Shown here piece by piece: positions 1 through 10,802 of a stretch of 64,000 bases of DNA (position 1 is its first letter; the number at the start of each line of letters is the position of its first letter). The stretch comes from Candidatus Latescibacterota bacterium (GTDB lineage: Bacteria; Latescibacterota; UBA2968; GCA-2709665), in contig CBDDDZ010000004.1 of NCBI GenBank assembly GCA_965226795.1, forward strand, positions 576,001 through 640,000. The letters are read 5' to 3'. The position numbers were made by a program, and so were the translations under genes. Below the pieces are notes generated by a model. That model did no database searches, was not told the origin of the DNA, and was given only the letters and a program-made list of their open reading frames with translations.

Positions 1-125
1 CGGCGGTGGATGAACTCCTGGGCAGGGGAACGTGCGAGTCAACCGGCGAGAGCGCGGCGCGAACCGGCCGGGTGATGGACCGATGTTTGAAATCGTACTA
101 CGAAGAACGAATTGCTACGTCGTAG
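1..125 (+). CDS. C-terminal fragment of a probable Gfo/Idh/MocA oxidoreductase (cut by window edge)
   Basis: Frame 3 reads AVDELLGRGTCESTGESAARTGRVMDRCLKSYY...TAG(123-125), resembling Gfo/Idh/MocA C-termini. Confidence 0.55.
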   Translation, partial: AVDELLGRGTCESTGESAARTGRVMDRCLKSYYEERIATS

Positions 126-206
126 GGGGTCCTTTTATCGGGGACACGTACACGTCAGGTTCGAAATCCCGAGGTGCCTCCGGACAAGAACCGGCCTGCC
201 AGAAGG

Positions 207-1304
207 TCAGGCGGTTTTCCCCGTTTGAAGATATGCCTTCAGCGCGGACGGATCCATCCCTGCAATGCCCAGTTCACGAACGTCTCTACCGGAGACCCAG
301 CCGTCCACTCCGATGACGATCGATCCGATGTCGACCATCGCGCGCATTGTGGGAGCGGGTACATCGTACTGGGCACCGACCGAGTGCCAGGCGGCCAGAC
401 CATAGGGGATGTCTTCGGTAAGCCAACGGCTTTCCAGGGAGCCGGGTGCTTTTAGACGGGTGAGCATGTAGCTGCCGTTGATGGTGGCCCAGAGATCGCC
501 TCCCGGTCCGAAGCCGGCGCGATGAAATGCGACATTCGCCGGGCATAGGTCGTAACCGAGTCGCCTGGCAATTGCACGGCGTTCGTTGTCCACCTGCGTG
601 ATCACGCTGGCCACGGCGGGGGTTACGCCCTCTTCGTAAAAGTAGAATTCACCACGGGAATATTCCACTCGGCCGGCGTTCAGGAGGACACCGGCGGGAT
701 GGACCACCGGATTCATTGCGGCCAGGCCGCACGCCATCACGTCCGGATATCCCGTTATGCCAGGAAAGAGGGAATCCAACCGTCCCCGCACAAGTTCGAA
801 CTCGCTGGCCGGCAATACGCCCAGACCCAGGCCGGTGACGGTGCCCCAAATGGTGGCGGTGTCCGGCGCCGTCTTCCTGCAAACGAACGGCGCAGTGTCC
901 ACTTCGGCGAGAACGACGCCCTCGGTGCCGGCCTCGCGGAGGATGCGCGCCCATTCGAGGGTCCCGAGGGTGCCGGGCATGATGACGACGGTCTGACCCG
1001 GTCGCAGGTGCGGGGCGCAGACTTCGGCAAAGGGTTTGTGCGCGTACGCCGGTACGATGAGCAGGATGACATCCGGTGATTCAAGGGCTTCCCGGATATC
1101 AGTGGTGATGCGATGGATCCTGGCCTGACCCTGTCCACCTACGCCGAGCAGATGGATGATTCCGTCGTTAACAACAGGATCCAGAGATTCCTTAAATTCG
1201 GGAATCTCGTAGAGCGTAATCTCAAAGCCCTTCAAGCTGAGGTTGGCAGCCACGGCAAAGGCCGTGTTGCCGCCGCCGAGAACGGTTACGGATTTCAGGG
1301 ACAT
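207..1304 (-). CDS. NAD/NADP-dependent octopine/nopaline (opine) dehydrogenase family protein
   Basis: Rossmann VLGGGNTA; NPVVHP, FYFYEEG and RWLTEDIPYGL motifs. Confidence 0.88.
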   Translation of the reverse strand: MSLKSVTVLGGGNTAFAVAANLSLKGFEITLYEIPEFKESLDPVVNDGIIHLLGVGGQGQARIHRITTDIREALESPDVILLIVPAYAHKPFAEVCAPHLRPGQTVVIMPGTLGTLEWARILREAGTEGVVLAEVDTAPFVCRKTAPDTATIWGTVTGLGLGVLPASEFELVRGRLDSLFPGITGYPDVMACGLAAMNPVVHPAGVLLNAGRVEYSRGEFYFYEEGVTPAVASVITQVDNERRAIARRLGYDLCPANVAFHRAGFGPGGDLWATINGSYMLTRLKAPGSLESRWLTEDIPYGLAAWHSVGAQYDVPAPTMRAMVDIGSIVIGVDGWVSGRDVRELGIAGMDPSALKAYLQTGKTA

Positions 1305-1593
1305 TACTTACGCCTCTTAAGTGGACTAGCGTGAAACATAAATGGAATTGTCATTGATTTGCATCCGGACTTGCGAACCAATCTGCTGTTCACGTCAGGC
1401 ACAAATATAAACTCGCGGCCGTCGACGGACAAGGCCGGATTCGTTCAAAACCGCTGTCGATCCCAACTGACGAGTCAACCGTTTCATCCGCGCCTTCATG
1501 CTGAAATTCGGGATGGGATTCCCTTAAGGGCCGCCTGAGCCGGCGGGATGCCATATGCTCTTCCGCCGGTTCCAAAACGAGGAGGGACGAATT

Positions 1594-2103
1594 TTGCCCT
1601 ACCAGGACCATAAAAAGCAGGCACAGGGTGCCGTAAGCTGCGCCGTACTCACCATCAGCGACACGCGCACAGAAGCCGACGACAAGAGTGGCAGGATTAT
1701 ACGGGATCTGCTCGAAACCGGTGGTCACACGACTGGTTTTTACCAGGTCGTCCCGGACGACCCGGCCCGCATCCGCGACCTGATCATCCAGATTACTGAC
1801 AGAGGTGATTGTCAGGCGATTCTGACCAGCGGCGGCACGGGCATCGCGGCCCGGGATACGACCTACGAAGCCGTGGTCGGTCTGCTTGAAAAACAGCTGG
1901 ACGGTTTCGGTGAACTCTTCCGCTATTTGAGCTGGGATGACATCGGCTCCGGCGCCATGCTCTCTCGCGCCGTCGCCGGAGTCTACCGCGACACGATGAT
2001 TTTCTGCATGCCCGGGTCCTCCGGCGCCGTACGCCTCGCGATGGATAAATTGGTGGTTCCCGAACTTTCGCACCTGGTCTGGGAAATCTGGCGCCAGAAA
2101 TAG
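1594..2103 (+). CDS. moaB: Molybdenum cofactor biosynthesis protein MoaB/MogA
   Basis: TISDTRT, DKSG, VVPDD, GGTGIAARDTT, MPGSSGA; TTG start after GGAGG. Confidence 0.9.
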   Translation: MPYQDHKKQAQGAVSCAVLTISDTRTEADDKSGRIIRDLLETGGHTTGFYQVVPDDPARIRDLIIQITDRGDCQAILTSGGTGIAARDTTYEAVVGLLEKQLDGFGELFRYLSWDDIGSGAMLSRAVAGVYRDTMIFCMPGSSGAVRLAMDKLVVPELSHLVWEIWRQK

Positions 2104-2311
2104 CGCTCCGTCACCCGGATCGGCGGGAGCCCTGACTCACCCTAATGGCGTTTTCCACCACGCTTACGAATTCTGGCATAGCTTGTACGACTTCGCCCGA
2201 ATATGCCCGATTTCAGGCATCCCCTGGGTAAACTCCACCGCTTATTTATTCCGAAAGACGGCGTCTGGACGTGTTCGCCTGATACTCTTCACCTGTAAAT
2301 TAAGGGATGCC

Positions 2312-3655
2312 ATGCTCACACGCGCGATCCATGTCCTTGCGCTGCTTGTCTTCGTCGCCTGCGCGCGATTCGTCCGAACCCACGAAGCCGGATTTCCCCG
2401 TCAACACAACGCGTCTTACGACACGGCCGCCCACGATGCCCGTCCCTCTCCCGTGCCGGACCGCATTGTACTTACATGGTCCGGCGATCCCGCCAATTCA
2501 CAGGCAGTTACCTGGCGAACCGACGCAACCGACTCCGTAGCCGTCGTCGAAATTGCCCCCGCCACGGCATCTCCCCGGTTCATGCTCAATGCTCGAAAGA
2601 TCCAGGCGCACACAAAGTCCGTCACGACGGAAAACGGCTCCTCACACTATCATTCCGCAGTCATTGGCGACCTCCAGCCTGGTACCCTCTACGCGTACCG
2701 CGTAGGAAACGGCGACATGTGGAGCGAATGGTTTCAATTCCGGACGGCCATGGATGAACCCGCACCCTTTTCCTTCATCTACCTCGGCGACGCCCAGAAC
2801 AATATCCTGTCGCTCTGGTCCCGCACCATCCGTGCCGCCTATGCGAACGCGCCACACGCAAGCTTCATTCTACACGCCGGCGACCTGGTCAACCGCGCCA
2901 ACAGCGACGGCGAGTGGAGTGAATGGTTCCGGGCCGGCGCCTTTCTCCATGCAACCATCAACGCCGTTCCCACTCCGGGTAACCACGAATACGCCAAGGA
3001 CCAGCAGGGCGTACGTCGCCTTTCCCGCCTCTGGCGCCCCCATTTCACACTGCCTCAAAACGGCCCCGAAGGCCTGGAAGAGACCGTTTATTATATAGAC
3101 TACCAGGGCGCCCGCATCATCTCCCTCAATTCCAACGAAGAACGCGGCGACCAGGTACTCTGGCTGGAAACCGTCCTCCGGGAAAATTCGAACCGATGGA
3201 CACTTGTCACGTTCCATCATCCAGTCTACGCCACGGGAGAAGGCAGGGACAACAAAACGTTGCGTGACCTGTGGAAACCATTGTTCGACAGATACCGGGT
3301 AGACCTCGTACTACAGGGACACGACCACACCTACGGCCGCGGTTCCAATCTCCCAACGGGCGCCATTGCCCGTAACGACGGAGACGGCACCGTCTACGTC
3401 GTCTCCGTGAGCGGACCTAAACAGTACAAACTCAAGTCAAAACGGTGGTGGCGACGCGCCGCCGAAAACACCCAGCTCTACCAGACCATCGAGGTGGACG
3501 GGGACACCCTGCGGTACGAAGCCCGAACGGCCACGTCCGAACTCTACGACGCATTCGACCTCATCAAACAAAAGGACGCTCCCAACATGCTCGTGGACCG
3601 CATACCAGACACCCCTGCACGCACTCACCGAAACACCATCGGTGATCGAGACTAG
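2312..3655 (+). CDS. Purple acid phosphatase-like metallophosphoesterase with FN3 domain, probably exported
   Basis: GDAQ, HAGDLV, GNHE, FHHP, GHDH motifs; hydrophobic N-terminus. Confidence 0.88.
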   Translation: MLTRAIHVLALLVFVACARFVRTHEAGFPRQHNASYDTAAHDARPSPVPDRIVLTWSGDPANSQAVTWRTDATDSVAVVEIAPATASPRFMLNARKIQAHTKSVTTENGSSHYHSAVIGDLQPGTLYAYRVGNGDMWSEWFQFRTAMDEPAPFSFIYLGDAQNNILSLWSRTIRAAYANAPHASFILHAGDLVNRANSDGEWSEWFRAGAFLHATINAVPTPGNHEYAKDQQGVRRLSRLWRPHFTLPQNGPEGLEETVYYIDYQGARIISLNSNEERGDQVLWLETVLRENSNRWTLVTFHHPVYATGEGRDNKTLRDLWKPLFDRYRVDLVLQGHDHTYGRGSNLPTGAIARNDGDGTVYVVSVSGPKQYKLKSKRWWRRAAENTQLYQTIEVDGDTLRYEARTATSELYDAFDLIKQKDAPNMLVDRIPDTPARTHRNTIGDRD

Positions 3656-3882
3656 CCGCACGTCCGCGAACCACGCTTCGGCAATGTCCGCACCGTGTAT
3701 ATTGGCGCCCTCAGGCACTGCCGATGCGACGGTCCGATGTATCCGACGAGGCATGGATCGCAGCCCGCCCTGCCAGCGGTTGATTCGCGTCTCCTTTCGT
3801 GGTTCGAATCCGGCCTTAAACCCATCATTCACGTATATTGACTTCTGTTCAAGCAGCGGGCGCCGAAGGGCCGGGAGGGCCT

Positions 3883-4836
3883 ATGTCAAGGGTGGGGCTG
3901 ATCGCGCATCCTGATTTTTCGCAGCATGAAACCGGTTCCGGGCACCCGGAACGACCTGAGAGGCTCCACGCAATCCAAAGACGATTGGATGAAACCGGTC
4001 TCCAAGGCCGGCTCTTTGACATCGCGCCGAGAATGCTTGAAGCCGGCTGGCTGGAGAAAGTCCACACTTCCCGGCATATCGCCGATGTACAACGCCGGTG
4101 CGAACAGAACATGCGCCTCATGGACGCAGCCGACACCTTTATATGCCCTGCATCCTTCAACGTTGGCCGTCTCGCGGCAGGTGCAGCCTGCGAGGCGGTT
4201 GACGCCGTCATGAATAGCCGTGCCGACGCCGTATTCTGCGCCACGCGTCCACCGGGCCATCATGCGGAACGCGACACGGCGATGGGCTTCTGCCTGTTCA
4301 ACAACGTGGCCGTCGCCGCGCGATACATCCAGTCTGCCCACCGTCTGGAACGTATCCTCATCGTTGACTGGGACGTGCATCACGGAAACGGTACGCAGCA
4401 CATCTTCGAAGAAGACCCCACCGTTTTCTACTTCAGTACCCATCAGTACCCCCACTATCCGTGGTTTAGCGGCAGCGGCGGCGAAATGGGAATCGGCGCA
4501 GGTAAAGGAGCGAACCTGAACGCGCCCCTGCCCGCCGGGGCGGGCGACGAACAATACCTTCGCGCGTTCGACGAACTACTGGCCCCGGCAATGGAACGTT
4601 TCCGCCCGGAATTCGTCATCGTCTCCGCGGGATTCGACGCGCACGTCGACGACCCCCTGTCCGCCACACAGGTCACCGAAGAAGGATTCGCCGAAATGAC
4701 GCGCCGGGCACAGAAAATCGCAAGGATCTACGCCAACGATCATCTGATTTCGGTTCTGGAAGGCGGCTACGACCTCAACGGCCTCGCCCGTAGCGTCGAA
4801 TACCACTTAAGCGCCCTTTTGGAAAACGGTGAGTAG
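3883..4836 (+). CDS. Histone deacetylase family amidohydrolase
   Basis: HPERPER, RPPGHHA, GFCLFNN, DWDVHHGNGTQ, SAGFDAH, LEGGY. Confidence 0.93.
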   Translation: MSRVGLIAHPDFSQHETGSGHPERPERLHAIQRRLDETGLQGRLFDIAPRMLEAGWLEKVHTSRHIADVQRRCEQNMRLMDAADTFICPASFNVGRLAAGAACEAVDAVMNSRADAVFCATRPPGHHAERDTAMGFCLFNNVAVAARYIQSAHRLERILIVDWDVHHGNGTQHIFEEDPTVFYFSTHQYPHYPWFSGSGGEMGIGAGKGANLNAPLPAGAGDEQYLRAFDELLAPAMERFRPEFVIVSAGFDAHVDDPLSATQVTEEGFAEMTRRAQKIARIYANDHLISVLEGGYDLNGLARSVEYHLSALLENGE

Positions 4837-4964
4837 ACTGCAGCTATTCTGATTCCGATCACGTGCCGGCGGAACCTTTAACTCGATTCAGTCGTCTACT
4901 ACTTCGACTGCCCGCACTTCGGCCGTCATCGGTCGTTTGCGTCGAACCCGTCCATGGAGGTTCA

Positions 4965-5834
4965 GTGAACACAAACGATCCCGTTGTTGCATTCCAGGGA
5001 GAAATGGGCGCCTTCAGCGAAATGGCCACCCGCAGTTACTTCTACGAGAACGTCCATGTGGCCCCACAGCCCGATTTCGAAGGCCTATTCAACGCGGTTT
5101 CCGGCGGCGTATGCACGCACGGCATGGTACCCATAGAGAATTCCCTCATGGGAAGCATCCACGAAAACTACGATCTGCTCCTCCGGCAGGATCTCTACAT
5201 CGTGGGCGAAATCAAGCTGCGCATCGTACACAACCTCATTGTCAATCCCGGCGTCAGGATGGAAGACGTCAGACAGATCTACTCACAGGCGCCTGCCCTG
5301 GCGCAGTGTACCGAGTTCATTCGATCCACGAAAGGTGTCGAAGCTGTCGCTGCCCACGACACGGCCGGCGCCGTCAAACAGATCAAGGAAGAGAACGCAA
5401 GAGATGCCGCTGCCATCGCCAGCGCACAGGCGGCCATCGACTACGACCTGGAAATCCTTCGGGAGGGTCTTGAAAACGACCATCGGAATTACACCCGGTT
5501 TCTGGTCGTTGCCTCCGAACCTGCTGAACCCGTCGAACCCGCAAAAACCACCGTCGTCTATGCACTGGATCACATCCCCGGTGCCCTTTTCAAAAGTCTG
5601 GGCGTATTTGCGATGCGGGATATCAACCTGCTAAAAATCGAATCGCGCCCGTTAAGCGGCCGGCCCTGGGAGTATGTCTTCTACCTGGATTTTGAAGGCC
5701 ACCTGTCAAGTGAAAAAATCCGAAAGGCGGTTGAGCACCTCGAACAAATGGCCAGCTTCCTCAAAATCCTCGGCTCCTACACCCATGGCAAGACTGTCGA
5801 AGGCAGTTTGCGGGAAAAGAGGGTAGCACCATGA
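4965..5834 (+). CDS. pheA: Prephenate dehydratase with ACT domain
   Basis: FQGEMGAFSE, VPIENS, NYTRF, KIESRP; GTG start after GGAGG. Confidence 0.92.
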   Translation: MNTNDPVVAFQGEMGAFSEMATRSYFYENVHVAPQPDFEGLFNAVSGGVCTHGMVPIENSLMGSIHENYDLLLRQDLYIVGEIKLRIVHNLIVNPGVRMEDVRQIYSQAPALAQCTEFIRSTKGVEAVAAHDTAGAVKQIKEENARDAAAIASAQAAIDYDLEILREGLENDHRNYTRFLVVASEPAEPVEPAKTTVVYALDHIPGALFKSLGVFAMRDINLLKIESRPLSGRPWEYVFYLDFEGHLSSEKIRKAVEHLEQMASFLKILGSYTHGKTVEGSLREKRVAP

Positions 5835-7000
5835 ACCTGGCGGGCAGGATGGCGCAGCTTGGCACCGAATCTGCGTTCGAAGTCCTGGTCAAAGCGCGAA
5901 ACCTCGAAGCCCAGGGCAGAGATGTGGTCCACCTTGAAATCGGCGAACCCGACTTCGATACACCGCCCCATATTGTCGATGCCGCCCAACAGGCGCTTCA
6001 TTCGGGTTATACGCACTACGGTCCTCCGATGGGCCTGCCGGAACTCCGCGAAGCCATCGCGAAGGATGTCTCCCGGTTCCGGGGAATTTCAGTCAATCCG
6101 GATCAGGTTGTGGTCACCCCGGGCGCCAAACCGATTATGTTCTACACCATTCTGGCCCTTGCCCAACCAGGAGACGAGGTTATCTATCCCGACCCCGGGT
6201 TTCCAATCTACGAGTCCGTAATCAGATTTGCGGGCGCCCAACCGGTACCGATTGCCCTCAAAGAGGAACGCGCCTTCAGTCTCGACGTGAACGAACTTGC
6301 TGATCTGATCACGGAGCGCACCCGGCTTCTCATCATCAATTCCCCTCAAAACCCCACCAGTGGCATCATTCCACCGGGAGACCTGGAGGCGATCGCGGAA
6401 ATCGTCGTCGACAAGGGCATCCCGGTCCTTGCCGACGAGATCTATTCCCGGATCCTGTACGAAGGCGAATTCCACAGCATCTCCGTTTACGAGGGCATGC
6501 AGGACCAGACCATCATCCTGGACGGCTTCTCCAAGACCTACGCCATGACGGGATGGCGCATCGGTTACGGGGTGATGCCGCGAAGCCTTGCGGATAAGTT
6601 CGGCCTCCTGATGGTCAACAGCAATTCCTGCACTGCGTCGTTCACCCAACGCGCCGCCCTGGCCGCACTCCAGGGTCCGCAGGATGACGTCCACGCGATG
6701 GTGGCTGAATTCAGACGGCGGCGGGATATCTTTGTCTCAGGACTCCGCGAAATTCCGGGCATTCGCTGCCCACGCCCCGGCGGCGCATTCTACCTCTTTC
6801 CGAATGTCTCAGACCTGGGTCTCTCGTCACAGAAATTCGCCGACCACCTCCTGTACGAAGGAAATGTCGCGGCTCTATCCGGACATGACTTCGGCGCCCG
6901 TGGCGAAGGCCACCTCCGCTTTTCCTACGCCAATTCGGTCGAGAATATCCATAAGGCGCTAAACCGCATCGCAGATTGCGTGCGGAAAATCCAGGGATAA
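5831..7000 (+). CDS. Class I/II PLP-dependent (aspartate/aromatic) aminotransferase
   Basis: IGEPDFDTP, NSPQNPT, DEIY, GFSKTYAMTGWRIG; ATGA overlap with pheA. Confidence 0.92.
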   Translation: MNLAGRMAQLGTESAFEVLVKARNLEAQGRDVVHLEIGEPDFDTPPHIVDAAQQALHSGYTHYGPPMGLPELREAIAKDVSRFRGISVNPDQVVVTPGAKPIMFYTILALAQPGDEVIYPDPGFPIYESVIRFAGAQPVPIALKEERAFSLDVNELADLITERTRLLIINSPQNPTSGIIPPGDLEAIAEIVVDKGIPVLADEIYSRILYEGEFHSISVYEGMQDQTIILDGFSKTYAMTGWRIGYGVMPRSLADKFGLLMVNSNSCTASFTQRAALAALQGPQDDVHAMVAEFRRRRDIFVSGLREIPGIRCPRPGGAFYLFPNVSDLGLSSQKFADHLLYEGNVAALSGHDFGARGEGHLRFSYANSVENIHKALNRIADCVRKIQG

Positions 7001-7005
7001 CACGT

Positions 7006-7035
7006 CCCTTCAACCCTGAAACTCCGGTTGAAGGG
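7006..7035. terminator. Hairpin between convergent genes, possible terminator
   Basis: CCCTTCAACC/GGTTGAAGGG 10-bp stem just after the stop; weak U tract. Confidence 0.45.
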
Positions 7036-7223
7036 TTCCGGGAGCTTGTCGAAATAGTGAAGCGAGCCCGATGTTTCGACGGGAAACCCGGCTTGGGGGC
7101 CGCACACAAATCGCCTCGGCAACGAAAAGTTGTCGGGGCTCTGTGCTTTGAGGACGGACGGGGATCCGCATCAGCCTTTCGAAGGCGAACGAAACACCCG
7201 AGGGATCCGGTTCTCCCGCAGAT

Positions 7224-9335
7224 TTACCACATCACACGAAAAGACGTCGCCGCGCTCACCTCCTGCCGGCTGTTCAAATCCAGGACTATCACCCGGAATT
7301 CCCTTGGCCCGGGGAACATCTCCAGGTTCAACACCTGGTAAATCGGCTCCCACACCTGCGATCCCTTGTGGGTGTAGGAAACCGCCGTGGTCCACTCCGG
7401 CTCCGCCGCCTCGTCTTCCTTTACGTTTCGGATTTGGTAGGTCACCTGGTAGTTGGTGCCGCCGAACCGATCCTTCTGCAGATTGTAAATTTCATAGTAG
7501 AAATACGCCTGCGCGCCCTGCTCATACTGTTTGAGCGGATTGGGCAGAATGAGGTATCGCTTTCGCCCGTAGGGCGCTTGCTCCCTTTCAACAATTCGCC
7601 GCGCAAGCAGCATATCGCTCACACTCAGCGAATCGTATCCGAATGTTTCAACCCGCAACACGCTCCGAAACGTACCAATCGATTTTGTCTTCCGGTCCTC
7701 AGCCTCTGCCGCGATGAAATATTTCCCCGGCGCAAGCATCAGCTTCTCGCTGGCAAACAGATACCCTTCCCGGGTAGCCGCATATTGTACCCACGGCATC
7801 ACATCCACCCTTCCGATGTCCTTCCGCAATGTATCCCAATTGGCGTCGAACAGAAACAGACCCTGGCGTATTTCCACGGCCTGCGCCCCGGTTTGCGCTT
7901 TTCTGTGTTGTACTTCCTCTCCCGGAAGCGCGTAATATACCTCCACTCTGGTCTTGTCCCCATCCCCTCGAAATCGGGCCATCTGGTAAGGCGCGTCGTA
8001 GCGAACCCATTTGTATGGATCCTTATAGTACTCCGGTACCTTCGTCGTCATCGCGTCGAAATCCACCGGCCGATTTCCCAACCAGCCCACCCGATAGCGC
8101 CAGGTATCCCGCCCATCCGTATTTGCAAACAGCAGACGAAATCCGCCGTAGTCCCACATCTCCAGACGGGGACGATGTTTATACGGCATGGATCCCTGCT
8201 GATTCAGCCAATACAGATGATCCTGGTACCACATCGGTTCATCCAGACCGGTATCGATCTCGGGCGGGCGGACACTCCTCCCCTCCGGACGCCCATACCG
8301 GATATACGCCTGCCCCTTGTCCGTCGTCCATCCCGCGATTCCCCGTTCCGGATCTCCGAAACGCAGGTTGGTATACGCCACCCGTCCGCAATGCTCCATC
8401 AGGCGTTCGTTAATCGGCGTCAGGAATAACGGATCACGCCCCGTCCAGAATGCCCGCAACGCCTCCTCATCCGGCAGTTCTTCGTCCGCCTCCATACTCT
8501 TTTTTCCGACCAGCATGAATACGGACATCATGAACTGCTGTTGGCGCGGCTGCATCCGGCGCAATCCGTTCACATAGGCCGGATAGGCACGCTTGAGTTC
8601 GTCCTGCGCCTGGTATGCCAACCCTAAAAAGAAATAAGCGTTCGGATCGTCCGGGTGGCGTTTCAGGAAATCCTCGAATAGCAACGCCATCTTTTCCGGC
8701 ATCTGGGCTTCGTAATACACCAATCCCAACAGAAGCAGCGAAGGTCTGTGGTCCGGATCGACATTCAGCGCTCTGGTCAGATATCCGATCGCCTGATCCC
8801 GGTCTTCCTCCCCGAATTTTTCCAGACTGAACGATCTCGTGCGTCGATTGCCTAAATCGTCGTACTGATAATCGACCCGCTCGCCTTCCAGGTAACGCGA
8901 CATCTGCCAAGCCGCGTACCTGCCGGCCAGGTACAGAGCGCCAACGTGGTTCGGATTCAGGTCAATGCCTCTCTTTGCATTCTTGTAGGCGTGGCCCCGT
9001 CTGCCCAGGGCCCATAGCACTCTCGCGTACTCAATACGGAAATCCATGTTCGTTTTGTCTTTCCGCATCGCGCGCCGCAGCCAGGTGGAGGCCTGCCTCC
9101 GCGTACCCGGTGTCCGTTCATCGCCGTAAAGCCGGGCGAGTTCGTACATTGCCCATCCTGTATCGTCGAACCGAATCGCCTCTCTGATAAGCCTTACGCG
9201 GTTCCGGTATTCGCCCGTGGTGTCCGACGCCGCCGCAAGGAGCGAATCCACCCGCATCGAAACCGCTCTGGCGGCTTCGACGGGCGCCACGCAGACCAGA
9301 ATGGCCCCCACAATCACATAAGCCAATGGCCGCAT
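7224..9335 (-). CDS. GWxTD domain protein with N-terminal TPR repeats and signal peptide
   Basis: GWTTDKGQAYIRYGRP motif, FWTGRDP...NE; TPR-like helices; ATG after AGGAGGG. Confidence 0.85.
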   Translation of the reverse strand: MRPLAYVIVGAILVCVAPVEAARAVSMRVDSLLAAASDTTGEYRNRVRLIREAIRFDDTGWAMYELARLYGDERTPGTRRQASTWLRRAMRKDKTNMDFRIEYARVLWALGRRGHAYKNAKRGIDLNPNHVGALYLAGRYAAWQMSRYLEGERVDYQYDDLGNRRTRSFSLEKFGEEDRDQAIGYLTRALNVDPDHRPSLLLLGLVYYEAQMPEKMALLFEDFLKRHPDDPNAYFFLGLAYQAQDELKRAYPAYVNGLRRMQPRQQQFMMSVFMLVGKKSMEADEELPDEEALRAFWTGRDPLFLTPINERLMEHCGRVAYTNLRFGDPERGIAGWTTDKGQAYIRYGRPEGRSVRPPEIDTGLDEPMWYQDHLYWLNQQGSMPYKHRPRLEMWDYGGFRLLFANTDGRDTWRYRVGWLGNRPVDFDAMTTKVPEYYKDPYKWVRYDAPYQMARFRGDGDKTRVEVYYALPGEEVQHRKAQTGAQAVEIRQGLFLFDANWDTLRKDIGRVDVMPWVQYAATREGYLFASEKLMLAPGKYFIAAEAEDRKTKSIGTFRSVLRVETFGYDSLSVSDMLLARRIVEREQAPYGRKRYLILPNPLKQYEQGAQAYFYYEIYNLQKDRFGGTNYQVTYQIRNVKEDEAAEPEWTTAVSYTHKGSQVWEPIYQVLNLEMFPGPREFRVIVLDLNSRQEVSAATSFRVMW

Positions 9336-9618
9336 ACTCCCTCCTGAAAGTGGCTCCCAACGTCGCGAAATCTGTAACAACGCGATAAATGGCAGTTTGA
9401 CAATGAAACAGATGCCCGGTATCATGTACCGGTATCATGTATACGAACGATCCGTTGAAAAGTTCTCCGCCAATTCCGCCGGGCCCGCATCTCAACTGGA
9501 AAAAACGCCGGGAATGAATTGTGCTGACGGCGTCCCACTCTTGAGGACGTGCAATCCGGGGCGGAGACGCACATCGGCTGCCACGTTCCAATATAAAGCG
9601 CTATTCTCGGAGATTTCC

Positions 9619-10689
9619 ATGTTCAGCCCCTACAGCCAGCCCCCTGAGGTCATCAACCGCTGGATCAACGATCGCCAGCGACTGCTTCGAAATGAATCCG
9701 AAGACTTTCTTCGCAACGAAGTCCTGAACTACGGCCCGCGGCAGGCCGCGCACTGGAATCGGGACTACAGTTCGGTTGAAGCCTTTGAAAGTTCAGTCGA
9801 AGCCAACCGCCGCCGCTGGCAGGAAACGATCGGCATCTTCGATGCCGACGGCACCCGACTCGAACCAGTACTGGATCTATGGTACGAAGACGACAGGTTC
9901 ACCGCGTGGTGGCTTACCATCGGATTATTTGGCAATCTGAAGGGCCGCGGTATACTCGCCCTGCCCAAAGGCAAGGACGATCCTTTCCCGCTTGTCATCG
10001 CCCAGCACGGTATCGGATCGTCGCCCGAAAAGGCATTTGGCCTGGGTGATCCTGACGATACATACAAGTCCTACGGTCGTCGCCTGGCGGAAGAGGGGTT
10101 TGCCGTTATCGCCCCGATGAATATTTCGGGCGCCTCTCCTCGAGCCCGGCAGGAACGCCTCTGCAAGCTCCTGGGCAAAACTCTTTGGGGCCTCGAGATC
10201 TACCGTACCCAGCGCCTCCTGGACTACCTGGAAACCCGCCCTGAAATCGATACCAAACGCACAGCCATGTATGGCATCAGCCTCGGCGGCGCCTACACCA
10301 TGTTCACGACCCCGATCGAACCCCGCATCAGGGCCGCCGTGGTGTGCGCCTGGTTCAACCACAGGCGTAAGAAAATGGCCGTGGACGACCCCCGGTACAG
10401 CTGCTTTCTTTCTGTCAACGAAGAGCACGTATGGATTCCCGGCTGGCTGAGCGCGTTCACCGACAGCGACCTGGTGTCGCTCATCTGTCCCCGTCCCCTG
10501 CTGGTAGAGCAGGGCAAAGCCGACGGCATCGCGTGGTGGCCAATGATGCTCGAGGAGTATCACCTGGCCCGCGAACACTACGCCAGACTCGGTTTATCCG
10601 AAAGTATCGAAATTGACCTTCACGAAGGCGGCCACGAGATCCGGCTCGACAGGAGCCTTCAATTTCTCAAGAAATGGCTGGCGCCGTAG
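9619..10689 (+). CDS. Alpha/beta hydrolase (dienelactone hydrolase/acetylxylan esterase-like)
   Basis: GISLGG nucleophile elbow, ICPRPLLVEQG, HEGGHE. Confidence 0.8.
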   Translation: MFSPYSQPPEVINRWINDRQRLLRNESEDFLRNEVLNYGPRQAAHWNRDYSSVEAFESSVEANRRRWQETIGIFDADGTRLEPVLDLWYEDDRFTAWWLTIGLFGNLKGRGILALPKGKDDPFPLVIAQHGIGSSPEKAFGLGDPDDTYKSYGRRLAEEGFAVIAPMNISGASPRARQERLCKLLGKTLWGLEIYRTQRLLDYLETRPEIDTKRTAMYGISLGGAYTMFTTPIEPRIRAAVVCAWFNHRRKKMAVDDPRYSCFLSVNEEHVWIPGWLSAFTDSDLVSLICPRPLLVEQGKADGIAWWPMMLEEYHLAREHYARLGLSESIEIDLHEGGHEIRLDRSLQFLKKWLAP

Positions 10690-10802
10690 CCGGTCCCGTC
10701 TTAAGACGCCGGAAGCCGGGGCCCGGTGGTTAGCTGAATTTCGTTCTGAATCTTGACGGCTGAACCATACCGTCTAAAATACATTACGCAAAGGAAAAAA
10801 AC

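Noticed and set aside
1466..1490. CTGACGAG as a hammerhead ribozyme core
   Set aside because: No stem II followed by GAAA
3795..3815. GGTTCGAATCC, tRNA T-loop-like (similar motifs near 158 and 37313)
   Set aside because: No pairing T-stem, acceptor stem or cloverleaf
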